NCBI GenBank assembly: GCA_964362625.1
Contig: CAYIFA010000001.1
Span: forward strand, 2,994-66,993
DNA: 64,000 bases
Direction: 5' to 3'
DNA from: an uncultured Candidatus Saccharibacteria bacterium
GTDB taxonomy: Bacteria > Patescibacteriota > Minisyncoccia > 1-14-0-10-42-19
The translations under genes were made by a program, and so were the position numbers. Numbering within the stretch: the stretch's first letter is position 1; every line of letters starts with the position of its first letter. This document shows positions 38,441-47,533 of this stretch, in pieces. The notes under the pieces are model-generated. The model was given only the letters and a program-made list of their open reading frames with translations, was not told the DNA's origin and did not search any database.

Positions 38441-38569
38441 TATTTAGTCTCCTTAATTTGTGGCGACTTTCGAATAGTTTTTATCAGCGAACTTGTTTCT
38501 ATGTCAATCCTTACATTTTTTTAGCTGCTTAGTCAAATGCCGCTAAATCGGTAACGCGTATCGGGGCCA

Positions 38570-38599
38570 AATAAAAAGCCGGCGTAGAATACGCCGGAC
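38570..38599 (-). terminator. Rho-independent terminator
   Basis: aaataaaaag precedes an 8-bp stem (ccggcgta-gaa-tacgccgg). Confidence 0.65.
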
Positions 38600-38611
38600 C
38601 TGAGCCAACCT

Positions 38612-39562
38612 TCACCGATTGACTTTTTTGGGCCTCCAAACAACATAGGAGTGCGCGTCGTGATATAATCCTCCGCATTCAACCTTATGCGCCTTAATTA
38701 TTTCAATCTTACCTTCGGCTTCAAGAGCGTAAAGGCGCGTTAGATATCCGCGCAAATAACTTCTGCGTAGATTATGCTTTAGCGCCAAATAATCGCTTAG
38801 ATTGTTGGGACGGCAAAACTCCAGAAAAGCATCCACATGCACAAAAATAGCCGGGGACTTCTGCAGACTAAATTGCAGAAATTTCTCAAACCTCTCCCCC
38901 AACTGCTCAAGTGACCATATGGCTAAAAATGCGCTATTGGGTCCGACGGCTAAATCATCATCCGGGACAAACATATCAAACAGCTGGCCGGTAATTTTGT
39001 AACCGCGCTTTTCGGCAAGCAGACGGATTATTTCAAGAGGAGGGCTAACCCATTCTAAACCATGGAGCTTTTTATCGGGATACATCCGCGCCAACTCAAC
39101 TAAATTATAAGCTGGCCCGCAGCCAAATTCAAAAATGTGTTCTGCGCCGGATAAATATTCTTTAAAGAGCCAAGCGCGTAAAACAGTAAATAAGTTAAGC
39201 TCAAAATTAGGATCTTGCGGCATGACATAATCGCCGAACAAACGCACTGGCTGATTCGGTCTTATGTATTTTGGGATCAACTCATGAACATCAAAACCGC
39301 CGGCCGTAAAACTATCGAGGTTTTCTTGCCAGCCTTTTTCCCAACGGCCCACAGCGTTTGGACCGGACAAACCCAAATCCGAAGAATCAATTTTGTCAAG
39401 AATTTGGATAATGATTTTGTCGCGCTCGCCTGCTGTCAAATTACGATACGAAAAGTCAAACCGAAAATCCGCGAGGTGTTCCGCAGCTTCGGCGATCGAT
39501 ATGCCAAGCAACCGAGAGAAACCAGCTGGTTCTAGCTGAAGCGGAAAACCGAAATCCATCAT
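38612..39562 (-). CDS. Class I SAM-dependent methyltransferase
   Basis: A motif I (IFEFGCGPAYNL) is present. The start is trimmed to MMDFG. Confidence 0.7.
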   Translation of the reverse strand: MMDFGFPLQLEPAGFSRLLGISIAEAAEHLADFRFDFSYRNLTAGERDKIIIQILDKIDSSDLGLSGPNAVGRWEKGWQENLDSFTAGGFDVHELIPKYIRPNQPVRLFGDYVMPQDPNFELNLFTVLRAWLFKEYLSGAEHIFEFGCGPAYNLVELARMYPDKKLHGLEWVSPPLEIIRLLAEKRGYKITGQLFDMFVPDDDLAVGPNSAFLAIWSLEQLGERFEKFLQFSLQKSPAIFVHVDAFLEFCRPNNLSDYLALKHNLRRSYLRGYLTRLYALEAEGKIEIIKAHKVECGGLYHDAHSYVVWRPKKVNR

Positions 39563-39663
39563 TAGCCTCCCACGGAATGTCAATATGCTTATGCTATTTA
39601 TAATGGTACGTAAAAATCTAATCCTGTCAACAAAAACCTCCGGCCGAAACCGGAGGCAAGAGA

Positions 39664-40713
39664 TCAAAATGGACCTTTAAAGCGGTGCTCGTAATTATAA
39701 AACTGCTCTCCGGACAAATCAGCTGCTTCTAGGCCAAGTTTCTTCTCAATTACGCGAATGATGTTAATGGCGGTTGGGTAGAAAGCGTCTTCGAGCGGCC
39801 GGGTAGTCGGACAAGGCGTATGCGCAAACCCGATTCGGCTAACCGGCGACTTCAAATGACCAAAGCATTTTTCAGAAACAACAGCCGCAACTTCCGCGCC
39901 AAATCCAAAAGGGACCCAGTCATAATCGGCAACAACACAATGGCCGGTTTTCATAACCGATGTCGTGATAGTTTCTTCATCTAGCGGAGCGATTGTCCGC
40001 GGGTCAACTATTTCAACGCTGACATTGCGCTTGGCTAACACCCGTGCGGCTTCACGCGCTTCCACATTCATCCACGATGTAGCGACAACTGTAACGTCGG
40101 AGCCTTCGCAGAGAATCTTAGCTTGGCTTAACGATTCAACATATGGTTCCTCCGGTACTTCGCCTTCCTGCCAATAAAGCCAACGATGCTCAAAAAACAA
40201 AACCGGATTATCGTCGCGGATGGCAGAAATCAATAATCCTTTGGCGTCATATGAGGTGGTCGGCATTACTACTTTCAATCCGGGTATATGCGCAAAAACA
40301 GAGTGCATCGTCTTGGAGTGCTGGAAGCCCTGCCCCCAACCGCGACCGATCATCGACCGGATGACTATTGGAACTTTTAATCTTCCGCCGGATCCATACC
40401 GAAGGCTCGAAACCATATTGGCGAGCTGATTCATGGCCAGCAGAAGAAAATCCGCTCGGATGTGGACATTAATCGGACGAAAACCATTTATGGCAGCGCC
40501 CAAACCAAAACCAAGCAAACTATCTTCGGCGAGCGGGGTAGAGAAACACCGGTTTACGCCGAAACGTTCACTCAATCCCAAAGTGCTTCCGTAAGTACCC
40601 TTATGATCATCAACATCTATGCCGTAAACGAAGATTTTCGGATCTCGTTCCATTTCCTGGATATGCGCTTCACGGATCGCCTCACAAAATGTTATGACAC
40701 GCTGGTTAGTCAC
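39664..40713 (-). CDS. TPP-dependent 2-oxoacid dehydrogenase E1 beta subunit-like (transketolase C-terminal/pyrimidine-binding)
   Basis: A 349-aa protein of E1-beta/transketolase-C architecture. It overlaps the alpha-like gene by 8 nt. Confidence 0.8.
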   Translation of the reverse strand: MTNQRVITFCEAIREAHIQEMERDPKIFVYGIDVDDHKGTYGSTLGLSERFGVNRCFSTPLAEDSLLGFGLGAAINGFRPINVHIRADFLLLAMNQLANMVSSLRYGSGGRLKVPIVIRSMIGRGWGQGFQHSKTMHSVFAHIPGLKVVMPTTSYDAKGLLISAIRDDNPVLFFEHRWLYWQEGEVPEEPYVESLSQAKILCEGSDVTVVATSWMNVEAREAARVLAKRNVSVEIVDPRTIAPLDEETITTSVMKTGHCVVADYDWVPFGFGAEVAAVVSEKCFGHLKSPVSRIGFAHTPCPTTRPLEDAFYPTAINIIRVIEKKLGLEAADLSGEQFYNYEHRFKGPF

Positions 40714-41677
40714 AAAGCACCCCTTTTCTTAATTCAGAGGCATCCGGATAGTTGGCAGATTTGGCAGCTTCTATGCTGTTCCGGATTTGTTCATCAATCT
40801 CTTCTTTAAGATCCAGCAATTCTCCTTCTGTAATTCCATACGCGAGCAATTTAACAAACTGTAAATAAAGCGGATCTCGTTCTAACCACTTTCCAAATTC
40901 ATGTCTGGTCCGGTATCCGGCCCGAAAATCTTCGCCTATGCCAACATGTTCAAGATAACGATAGTAACGTAAATGCATAAAGTAGGGCCTTTCGGTTTGA
41001 CGCATAAAGCGCAATGCACCCAGAGCCGCCAAATAAATCGTTTCGGCATCAGTTGTTTCGGAAGAAAAAATTCCGCATTGAAAACGAGACACGATATCGG
41101 TAATTGAATTGTAACCGTGGCGTTTTGCCGCCGGGATATGAACGGCTAATCCGTTATCCTCGCATACAAACAAAACCGGCAATTTCATGAGAGTAGCGAT
41201 ATTTAACGATTCCCAGAAATTTCCCTCGTCAATCGCGCCATCGCCGAAAAATACCGCGGAAACATTGCCATTGCCCTCCTGTTTTTTGGCAAAAGCCGCA
41301 CCAACCGCCACTGGAATTGTGCTCGCCACTACTGCCGAAACTACCATTAAGCCATGATTTGGCGCCGAAAGATGCATAGAGCCAGCTTTACCTTGGGCCA
41401 TACCGGTAACTTTCCCGTACATTTCGGCAAAAAACTTGTCGGTTTCCATGGTTTTAGCCAGATATAAAGCATGACTGCGATAAGTTCCGAACACCTGATC
41501 GCCGGGCCTTAACGCCTGGCACACACCGGCTGAAATCGCTTCCGATCCCATCGACATATGCATTGGCGTTTTCATTTCATCCTCGGGATAATGCTTAATG
41601 ATTGCCTCCTCGGCTTTACGAATAAGATAAATTCTTCGATAAAGCTCAAGACTAGTCTTCCGGTCAACTAACATCAT
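40706..41677 (-). CDS. TPP-dependent 2-oxoacid dehydrogenase E1 alpha subunit-like
   Basis: A GDGAIDEGNFWESLN TPP-binding motif is present. Length is 323 aa. Confidence 0.8.
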   Translation of the reverse strand: MMLVDRKTSLELYRRIYLIRKAEEAIIKHYPEDEMKTPMHMSMGSEAISAGVCQALRPGDQVFGTYRSHALYLAKTMETDKFFAEMYGKVTGMAQGKAGSMHLSAPNHGLMVVSAVVASTIPVAVGAAFAKKQEGNGNVSAVFFGDGAIDEGNFWESLNIATLMKLPVLFVCEDNGLAVHIPAAKRHGYNSITDIVSRFQCGIFSSETTDAETIYLAALGALRFMRQTERPYFMHLRYYRYLEHVGIGEDFRAGYRTRHEFGKWLERDPLYLQFVKLLAYGITEGELLDLKEEIDEQIRNSIEAAKSANYPDASELRKGVLCD

Positions 41678-41866
41678 CCGGCTCCTTTCGTGTCCGTCTA
41701 TTCCAAATTATTTCAAAGGCCGCTTATTCTGTTATTGATACTATCAACGCCGAGATTAATGTCAATATTTAATGGTTCGAACCTGCATGCAATTATAAAT
41801 TCAAACAGCAATAAAACCCCCTAAGCAGGCGGTCCTTATTGCACGGAACCAAAATGCCTAAAAAAA

Positions 41867-42262
41867 CTATGGCCCCCAATAAATACTTGAATTTCGTAAT
41901 GACCCGTCACTATTTACCTTCATTTTTATGACTACCGGTGAAGTATCGTCTTTGTCTCCCGGCCTTATTTCTTTTCTCTCAGTAAACCATCTACCGTAAT
42001 TTGCAGAACGATTCGGTTTATATCTCCCTCGAATTTCATACAGCGTAGAACCGTCTTCGTGTTCAAACTCTCTATAGCCTTCTAATATAAAAGTTGAAGC
42101 TTTTGCTTTATCGGAAGCAAGTTCTTTAATTACCGGGTCTTTTATTGAATGTGGCAGGCCATCAATACTCGCCTCCCACTTCCATTCTACGTTTGAAATA
42201 CTTTCAGGTTTTCTAACATCACCACCAGCTTCATCGTCATTATAAAAACCTTCTTTACTCAT
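41867..42262 (-). CDS. Hypothetical protein
   Basis: A 131-aa ORF inside an AT-rich insert. No recognisable motif was found. Confidence 0.3.
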   Translation of the reverse strand: MSKEGFYNDDEAGGDVRKPESISNVEWKWEASIDGLPHSIKDPVIKELASDKAKASTFILEGYREFEHEDGSTLYEIRGRYKPNRSANYGRWFTERKEIRPGDKDDTSPVVIKMKVNSDGSLRNSSIYWGP

Positions 42263-42495
42263 GTTGGGCTATATATAACCAATAAAAATTATTTTATGTC
42301 ATTTTGAACTCGTTATCAACTCCGAATTGTGGATAATGTTAAAGCCGCCATCCAATGACAAAATGAACATGCCGATGTTATCGCACCACTCTCTATGCAA
42401 TATCCGATATTGCACAACATTGATAGAGCCACTGCGGTTTGTTTTCGCACAAAAAGCGGCCTGTGTTAAGCCGCTTTCGTTTTAATAGACGGAGT

Positions 42496-42594
42496 TTATC
42501 CGGCATAATACTCGCGCCAGTATTCGAGAAGGTCCGAAAGGGTTTGCTCAAACGGAATTGTCGGCTGCCAGCCGGTTTGATTGAAAAACTTCAT
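42496..42594 (-). pseudogene. 3' remnant of a GDP-mannose 4,6-dehydratase gene (duplicate of the 3' end of gmd at 43823..44803)
   Basis: About 135 nt (42466..42597) are roughly 95% identical to 43792..43923. The reverse strand encodes MKFFNQTGWQPTIPFEQTLSDLLEYWREYYAG followed by a stop, the same as the Gmd C-terminus. It is followed by part of the same terminator hairpin. Confidence 0.6.
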
Positions 42595-42613
42595 GGTACT
42601 TCGCTTCAACTCA

Positions 42614-43150
42614 TTAATACAAATGCTCCTGAACGAATGGAATAAGAGCTGACACAACCGCATGGCGATAAAGTTCTGTACGATCTATAACGCCCTTTGT
42701 TAGCAAGCCGATTGCACCCATATTTTGTTTTGAATTATTTTGCCTAAATACTATATCACTTGCGTCTCCGACTTCCTTACCATCTTCTAACACAAGTTTA
42801 CGGAAAATTGGTGGGGCAAGAAAAGTACATGTTTTCCCTTTGCCGACTTTTCCTTCTTTAGATTCAACGACAATCCACGCAAATTCGTGAAGCTCATTAT
42901 TCACATCTTCAACTCCACCCTCAAGACCGACATAAAAATCTGCTCCGGGAGAAATTCTTCTTGCGTCAGCCACTCGATTGATTGCTCCTTTAAGCGTTTC
43001 CCTATCAGAAAGCGGCTGGTCTGAAATGCCAGATGAAGCTTTCACGCTACCGAATTCAAATCGGGTTTCTGGAAAAACAGAACTAAATGCGCGTCTGACG
43101 GTTTCAATCTTAACAGGATTTATTGAAGCTATAATGACAATCTTATCCAT
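42614..43150 (-). CDS. yjjX: Inosine/xanthosine triphosphatase (non-canonical purine NTP phosphatase, YjjX family)
   Basis: It is collinear with YjjX (NPVKIETVRRAF, VANARR, ADFYVGLEGG, GAIGLLTKGVIDRTELYRHAVVSALIPF). Confidence 0.8.
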   Translation of the reverse strand: MDKIVIIASINPVKIETVRRAFSSVFPETRFEFGSVKASSGISDQPLSDRETLKGAINRVADARRISPGADFYVGLEGGVEDVNNELHEFAWIVVESKEGKVGKGKTCTFLAPPIFRKLVLEDGKEVGDASDIVFRQNNSKQNMGAIGLLTKGVIDRTELYRHAVVSALIPFVQEHLY

Positions 43151-43415
43151 AAAGTTCTACTCCTGCTGAATTAATACTATTCATTAGGATACTTTATAAA
43201 AATATCCGAGCTAAATAAAATTTAAGTTCAATTGTTCTTACTCCAGTATAATAGAACACTGGGCTTTATCTAGTGTTTTATCATTGCTTTGGATTGCGGA
43301 CGACACTAGAACCATTATCCAGCAACAAAATGAATATATCTACATAACTAACCTGAGAGAGCGTTCCAACGCATAAACCTATCTCAACCGGCCGTTCACT
43401 ATTCCTCCAGCTGTA

Positions 43416-43444
43416 TTGCATCTATGTGGCATTTTTGCTAAAAT
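43416..43444 (+). promoter_or_regulatory. Putative sigma70-type promoter (TTGCAT, 17-nt spacer, TAAAAT)
   Basis: The hexamers and spacing lie about 35 nt upstream of the small ORF start and are followed by a strong RBS. Confidence 0.4.
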
Positions 43445-43477
43445 ATGGTGAATTGCCAAAAACAAAGGAGGGTTGCG

Positions 43478-43675
43478 ATGTCCAAAAAATCTTTCCTAGA
43501 TTGTCCTCATAAAAATGTTCAGGAATTTAGTGAATGCTGTCTCGATTGCGGTTATAATATTTACACCACTAAAGAACAATACCTCAAAGACTTGAGACAG
43601 GAAGCTATCCGTAAAGGGATTGATAAAGATACGCAACAAATCCGTGATTTGGAGAAAAAATTAGGCATAGAATAA
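43478..43675 (+). CDS. Small hypothetical protein with a Cys-rich zinc-ribbon-like motif
   Basis: Upstream signals are a GGAGG RBS 7 nt before the ATG and a sigma70-like promoter TTGCAT-17-TAAAAT. The protein carries a CPHKN...CCLDCG motif. Confidence 0.4.
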   Translation: MSKKSFLDCPHKNVQEFSECCLDCGYNIYTTKEQYLKDLRQEAIRKGIDKDTQQIRDLEKKLGIE

Positions 43676-43775
43676 TTCTTTTTACAAACATAATCGGCTT
43701 GACTTCGTTCAAGCTGATTTCTTTTTTCATACCATTAAATGAAGGCGGATTTGCCTCAGTTTGTATTAACATAGA

Positions 43776-43812
43776 AAAAACGGCTTATTTGGTTAAGCCG
43801 CTTTCATTTTAA
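43776..43812 (-). terminator. Rho-independent terminator downstream of gmd
   Basis: aaaaaa precedes a stem (cggctta-tttggt-taagccg) followed by ctttcatttt. Its 3' half is included in the duplicated segment at 42466..42484. Confidence 0.6.
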
Positions 43813-43822
43813 AATACAAGTT

Positions 43823-44803
43823 TTATCCGGCATAATACTCGCGCCAGTATTCGAGAAGGTCCGAAAGGGTTTGCTCAAACGGAATTGTCGGCTGCCAGCC
43901 GGTTTGATTAAAAAACTTCTCGGAGGATGGAATCTGCATTGAAACATCTGATGGACGTAATCTTTTTGGATCGACTTCGACCCGAATATCATTTCTTAAA
44001 GACAACGCCAAAAGCTTACCCAACATATCGCCGACAGTCATCGTAACATTGCCGCCGATGTTATAAACTTCGCCGGCTTCGCATTTTTCGGTCAAGACCC
44101 AGTAAGCCCGGACTGCATCGCGGACATCCATGAAAGTTCTGACGCTTCTAAGGTTGCCGACTTTCACAATGGGCTCTTCTTGCAAACCGGCTTCAATCGC
44201 CGCTATCTGCTTGGCAAAGGATGATTCCACAAAAACCTCGCCGCGGCGCGGACCGGTATGAGTAAACATCCTGGAGCGTATAGTTTTAATCTCCCAGCTG
44301 GTCCAATACTGAAAAGCCAGCATGTCTTCGGCCACCTTGCTTACGGCGTAAGGAGAGGCCGGACGAAACGGGTTTTCTTCGGTAATGGGGATTTCGTCTT
44401 CGCGCACCTGACCGTACACTTCCGAGCTGCTGCAAACATGAACAATCGGATCATAATCCGAAGACTGTTTAACGCCCTTGATTACCTCAAGCAAATTACA
44501 GGTTCCGATGACGTTTACGTCGAGAGTTGCCGTGGGATAGATAAAGCTAGCATCAACGTAAGATTGAGCGGCCAAATGAAATATTTTTTTAGGCCGCCAA
44601 GTATCGAGCACCCTTTTTAGTGAACCGGGGTCCGTTAGGTCGCCGTATTCTAATGTCAAAGAATTAAGAATATGCCGGATGTTATTTTTAGGAGAACGCC
44701 AGCGCACAAGCCCAATAATTTTAACTTCCGGATTATGCGCTACAATATAATCCGCCAGATGACTGCCGACGAATCCGGTAATGCCGGTAATTAGCACATT
44801 CAC
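43823..44803 (-). CDS. gmd: GDP-mannose 4,6-dehydratase
   Basis: It has the Rossmann motif ITGITGFVGSHL, a catalytic YxxxK (YAVSKVAED), and the Gmd-type motif RMFTHTGPRRGEVFV. Confidence 0.85.
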   Translation of the reverse strand: MNVLITGITGFVGSHLADYIVAHNPEVKIIGLVRWRSPKNNIRHILNSLTLEYGDLTDPGSLKRVLDTWRPKKIFHLAAQSYVDASFIYPTATLDVNVIGTCNLLEVIKGVKQSSDYDPIVHVCSSSEVYGQVREDEIPITEENPFRPASPYAVSKVAEDMLAFQYWTSWEIKTIRSRMFTHTGPRRGEVFVESSFAKQIAAIEAGLQEEPIVKVGNLRSVRTFMDVRDAVRAYWVLTEKCEAGEVYNIGGNVTMTVGDMLGKLLALSLRNDIRVEVDPKRLRPSDVSMQIPSSEKFFNQTGWQPTIPFEQTLSDLLEYWREYYAG

Positions 44804-44885
44804 GGCCCTTCTCCTCTAATGAAAACTGGGAGTCCCTTACTCTGCGGTCATGTTATCACCTGTGAAATATTTTCGCAAGATCTTT

Positions 44886-45878
44886 TCAAGTCTCTTGAGT
44901 TTTATATATTATCTGGCTGCCGCTTTTATCGAAATCAAAATCAACGCGCTGAAATTTCGCGAGGGAAGAAGAAATTTTAGGATGAAGTTCCGGATTGGCA
45001 TACACCAATAAAAATCCTCCGCCGCCAGCACCCAACAGCTTTCCGCCAGTAGCGCCGGCTTTTTTGGCTCTGTCGTATAAACTATCTATCAAGGGGTTAG
45101 AAATTTTTGAGGCAAGAGTGCGTTTAATTCGCCAGCTTTCATCAAGCAGGCGACCGAATTCATCAAAAAAATTATTACCGCTCTTTATAATTTTTTCAGC
45201 TTCGTCGGCAATCGCGAGCATAGCTGTAAGCTCTTTCTCTTTTTTCGGCGTATTAGCGATCTGCTCTTTAGCGATCTCGGAAGCAGTCCGCGGCATGCCA
45301 ATATAAAATAACATCAGGTGACGATTAAGCGCATCGGAGACCGAGTCAGCGATATTTACCGGACTGACGCTAAGGCCATCAGATTTAAATTCAATCACGT
45401 TAAACCCGCCGAAAGCCGCGGCAGTCTGATCTTGCGACCCGACATTCTCTTGAATAATATTTTGCTCAATATGAATCGCGTCATTCGCCAATTTAATTTT
45501 ATCAGTCGGTTGTCCGGTCAAAGCGCATAAAGAATTAAGAAAACCGACCGTAAAAGCGCTTGATGAGCCGAGCCCGCTCCTTGCCGGCCAGTCAGCATTA
45601 TGCTGCATCTCAATACGCTCATTGCCCAAATTCAAATATCGTAAACATTCTCGTACAGACGGATGACGTATTTTAGATAGGTCATTACGCTTTTCTTGAA
45701 AGGTATAACGAATACGATAACGGTAAACAAAAAGCGGAGACAAAAAACGCGTAGTGATATAGCAATACTTGTTAATGGTAGTGCTTATTACCTTGCCGCG
45801 ATTTTGGTTAAACCACACCGGATAATCGGTGCCGCCGCCAAAAAACGATATACGAAACGGAGTTCTAGATATGACCAT
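44886..45878 (-). CDS. GHMP-family sugar kinase (HddA/fucokinase-like)
   Basis: An RISFFGGGTDYP N-terminus and a PARSGLGSSSA GHMP ATP-binding motif are present. Confidence 0.75.
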   Translation of the reverse strand: MVISRTPFRISFFGGGTDYPVWFNQNRGKVISTTINKYCYITTRFLSPLFVYRYRIRYTFQEKRNDLSKIRHPSVRECLRYLNLGNERIEMQHNADWPARSGLGSSSAFTVGFLNSLCALTGQPTDKIKLANDAIHIEQNIIQENVGSQDQTAAAFGGFNVIEFKSDGLSVSPVNIADSVSDALNRHLMLFYIGMPRTASEIAKEQIANTPKKEKELTAMLAIADEAEKIIKSGNNFFDEFGRLLDESWRIKRTLASKISNPLIDSLYDRAKKAGATGGKLLGAGGGGFLLVYANPELHPKISSSLAKFQRVDFDFDKSGSQIIYKTQET

Positions 45879-45927
45879 GTTGACTATTAAAGTATAAAAT
45901 TTACCATAAGTTTATGCAAAATTAAAG

Positions 45928-45993
45928 ACCTGCCTGCCGCCTGCCTATCCTGTCTACCGGCAGGCAAGCGGCAGACAGGGCAGGCGCAGGCGG
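45928..45993. promoter_or_regulatory. GC-rich nested imperfect palindrome built from CCTGCC/GGCAGG units in the divergent intergenic region
   Basis: The paired arms include CCTGTCT/AGACAGG and GCCTGCC/GGCAGGC. The element lies upstream of a TATAAT-like box and the GGAGG RBS of the HemN-family gene. Confidence 0.4.
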
Positions 45994-46077
45994 TTGATAA
46001 ACCGGCGCGGATATAATATGATTTGTTAAGTCAACATTGGTTCTCTGAGAACAAAATAGCGACCGGGGAGGGACAAA

Positions 46078-47472
46078 ATGGGTTCAAACGTGGCAAATGA
46101 TCCTCGTTTACTTATCGAACGTTATACGCAACTAAAAACCAAGTACAACCGCGACGCCAAGTGGTACACCGAATACCCGCACAAGCATTTTTGGTCTGAA
46201 AGTTTCGGTGAAGAGGACCTTAAAGACGCTTTGCGCAATTTCTTCCTGACCAGAAACGATCCGACTCTACTTTATTTCCATATGCCTTTCTGCAACAAAC
46301 AGTGTTATTTTTGCACTTGTCATACCGAAATTTCACAGGATTACGAAGATATCTTGAAGTACATGAAATCGGCATACATGGAAATAGAGCTATACCGCAA
46401 ATTCTTCGAGACACACGATGTTAAGCCCAACATCCGCGAGGTGCATTTTGGCGGCGGTACGCCTTCAAATCTTAAAGAAAAAGATTTCGGTGAATTGAAA
46501 AACGCTCTTAGCGCCTTCACCGACTTCGGCCAAGTTGAGGAATTCGCGATGGAGATAGACCCGCGCTACGTTAAACCGGACAAACTGCATTTCTTTGCCG
46601 ACTGCGGCCTTAATCGAGTGTCATTCGGCATTCAAGATTTTAATGACAAAGTGATGATGGCGGTTAACCGCCGACAACCGGCTAAAATTATTGAAAATCT
46701 GTTGACGCCGGATGTCCGCGCGAGATTTCAGAGTATCAATTTCGACATTCTCTGCGGACTTCCCTTTCAAACCCGCGAATCATTCAAGGCAACCATCGAA
46801 AAAGTCATTGAACTGACGCCCGACCGCATCGCACTTTATTTTACATCCAAACCCAATGTTAAATTCTCTCCGCACTGGCTTAAGATGCCGCAAGGTGTCA
46901 TACCGAATGAAATCGACAAGAAAATAATGTTCGTGGACGCCTTAGAAATGCTGCGAGATGCCGGCTACATCCGCACCGGCTACGACATGTTTGCCAAGGC
47001 CACCGATAAAGTGGCGAAGGCTCTGGATACCGGCCAGACCACCTGGAATTCATTCGGTTCAACTCCTGGCCGGTGCCTCGATTATCTCGCCCTTGGCGTG
47101 CATAGCTATGGCCGCCTGGGACCAGAGATCTACTACCAAAACGTCTATGAACTCCAGCATTATGAGGGTTTGCTTACTGCCGGAATGTTTCCGGTGTTTC
47201 GCGGGCACAAACTGGGTAAAGACGACCAAATCCGCCGTGACGTTATTGTCACGCTAAGGGTATACTTCGACATTCATTTCGGGACAATGGAAAATCGTTA
47301 TCAGATAAACTTTCGCGATTACTTCCAAAAAGAACTTGCGATTTTGCAAGAATACGCCGACGACGAGCTGATCGAAATCAAGCCGGATGGCATCGTGATT
47401 ACCGAACTCGGCAAACAGTTTGCCAATCTCATCTGTGCAGTTTTTGACAAATACGCCAAAGATCGTAAATAA
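46078..47472 (+). CDS. hemN: HemN-family radical SAM protein (oxygen-independent coproporphyrinogen III dehydrogenase-like)
   Basis: A CNKQCYFCTC CxxxCxxC motif, an HFGGGTPS motif, RVSFGIQDFNDKV and a C-terminal IRRDVI region are all collinear with E. coli HemN. Length is 464 aa. Confidence 0.8.
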   Translation: MGSNVANDPRLLIERYTQLKTKYNRDAKWYTEYPHKHFWSESFGEEDLKDALRNFFLTRNDPTLLYFHMPFCNKQCYFCTCHTEISQDYEDILKYMKSAYMEIELYRKFFETHDVKPNIREVHFGGGTPSNLKEKDFGELKNALSAFTDFGQVEEFAMEIDPRYVKPDKLHFFADCGLNRVSFGIQDFNDKVMMAVNRRQPAKIIENLLTPDVRARFQSINFDILCGLPFQTRESFKATIEKVIELTPDRIALYFTSKPNVKFSPHWLKMPQGVIPNEIDKKIMFVDALEMLRDAGYIRTGYDMFAKATDKVAKALDTGQTTWNSFGSTPGRCLDYLALGVHSYGRLGPEIYYQNVYELQHYEGLLTAGMFPVFRGHKLGKDDQIRRDVIVTLRVYFDIHFGTMENRYQINFRDYFQKELAILQEYADDELIEIKPDGIVITELGKQFANLICAVFDKYAKDRK

Positions 47473-47480
47473 TCTGACAA

Positions 47481-47516
47481 ATAAATAACCGTTCCGGTAT
47501 TACCGGAACGGTTTTT
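47481..47516. terminator. Bidirectional terminator between convergent genes; repeat family 2, copy 1
   Basis: A perfect 11-bp stem (aaccgttccgg-tatt-accggaacggt) followed by ttttt, with an ataaataa run on the 5' side. Confidence 0.7.
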
Positions 47517-47533
47517 CTAATCTCATTAGCAGT

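Noticed and set aside
41774-41783. GGTTCGAACC, which resembles a tRNA T-loop, in the AT-rich insert (possible tRNA remnant or integration site)
   Set aside because: The 10-mer is itself a perfect palindrome. No acceptor or anticodon stems can be built around it.
46078-47472. Interpreting the HemN-family gene as simply a misplaced housekeeping heme enzyme
   Set aside because: This is not rejected outright, because the protein is collinear with genuine HemN. However, its position between two B12-radical SAM genes and the sugar-tailoring enzymes keeps a tailoring role plausible, so it is kept as a finding with an explicit test.
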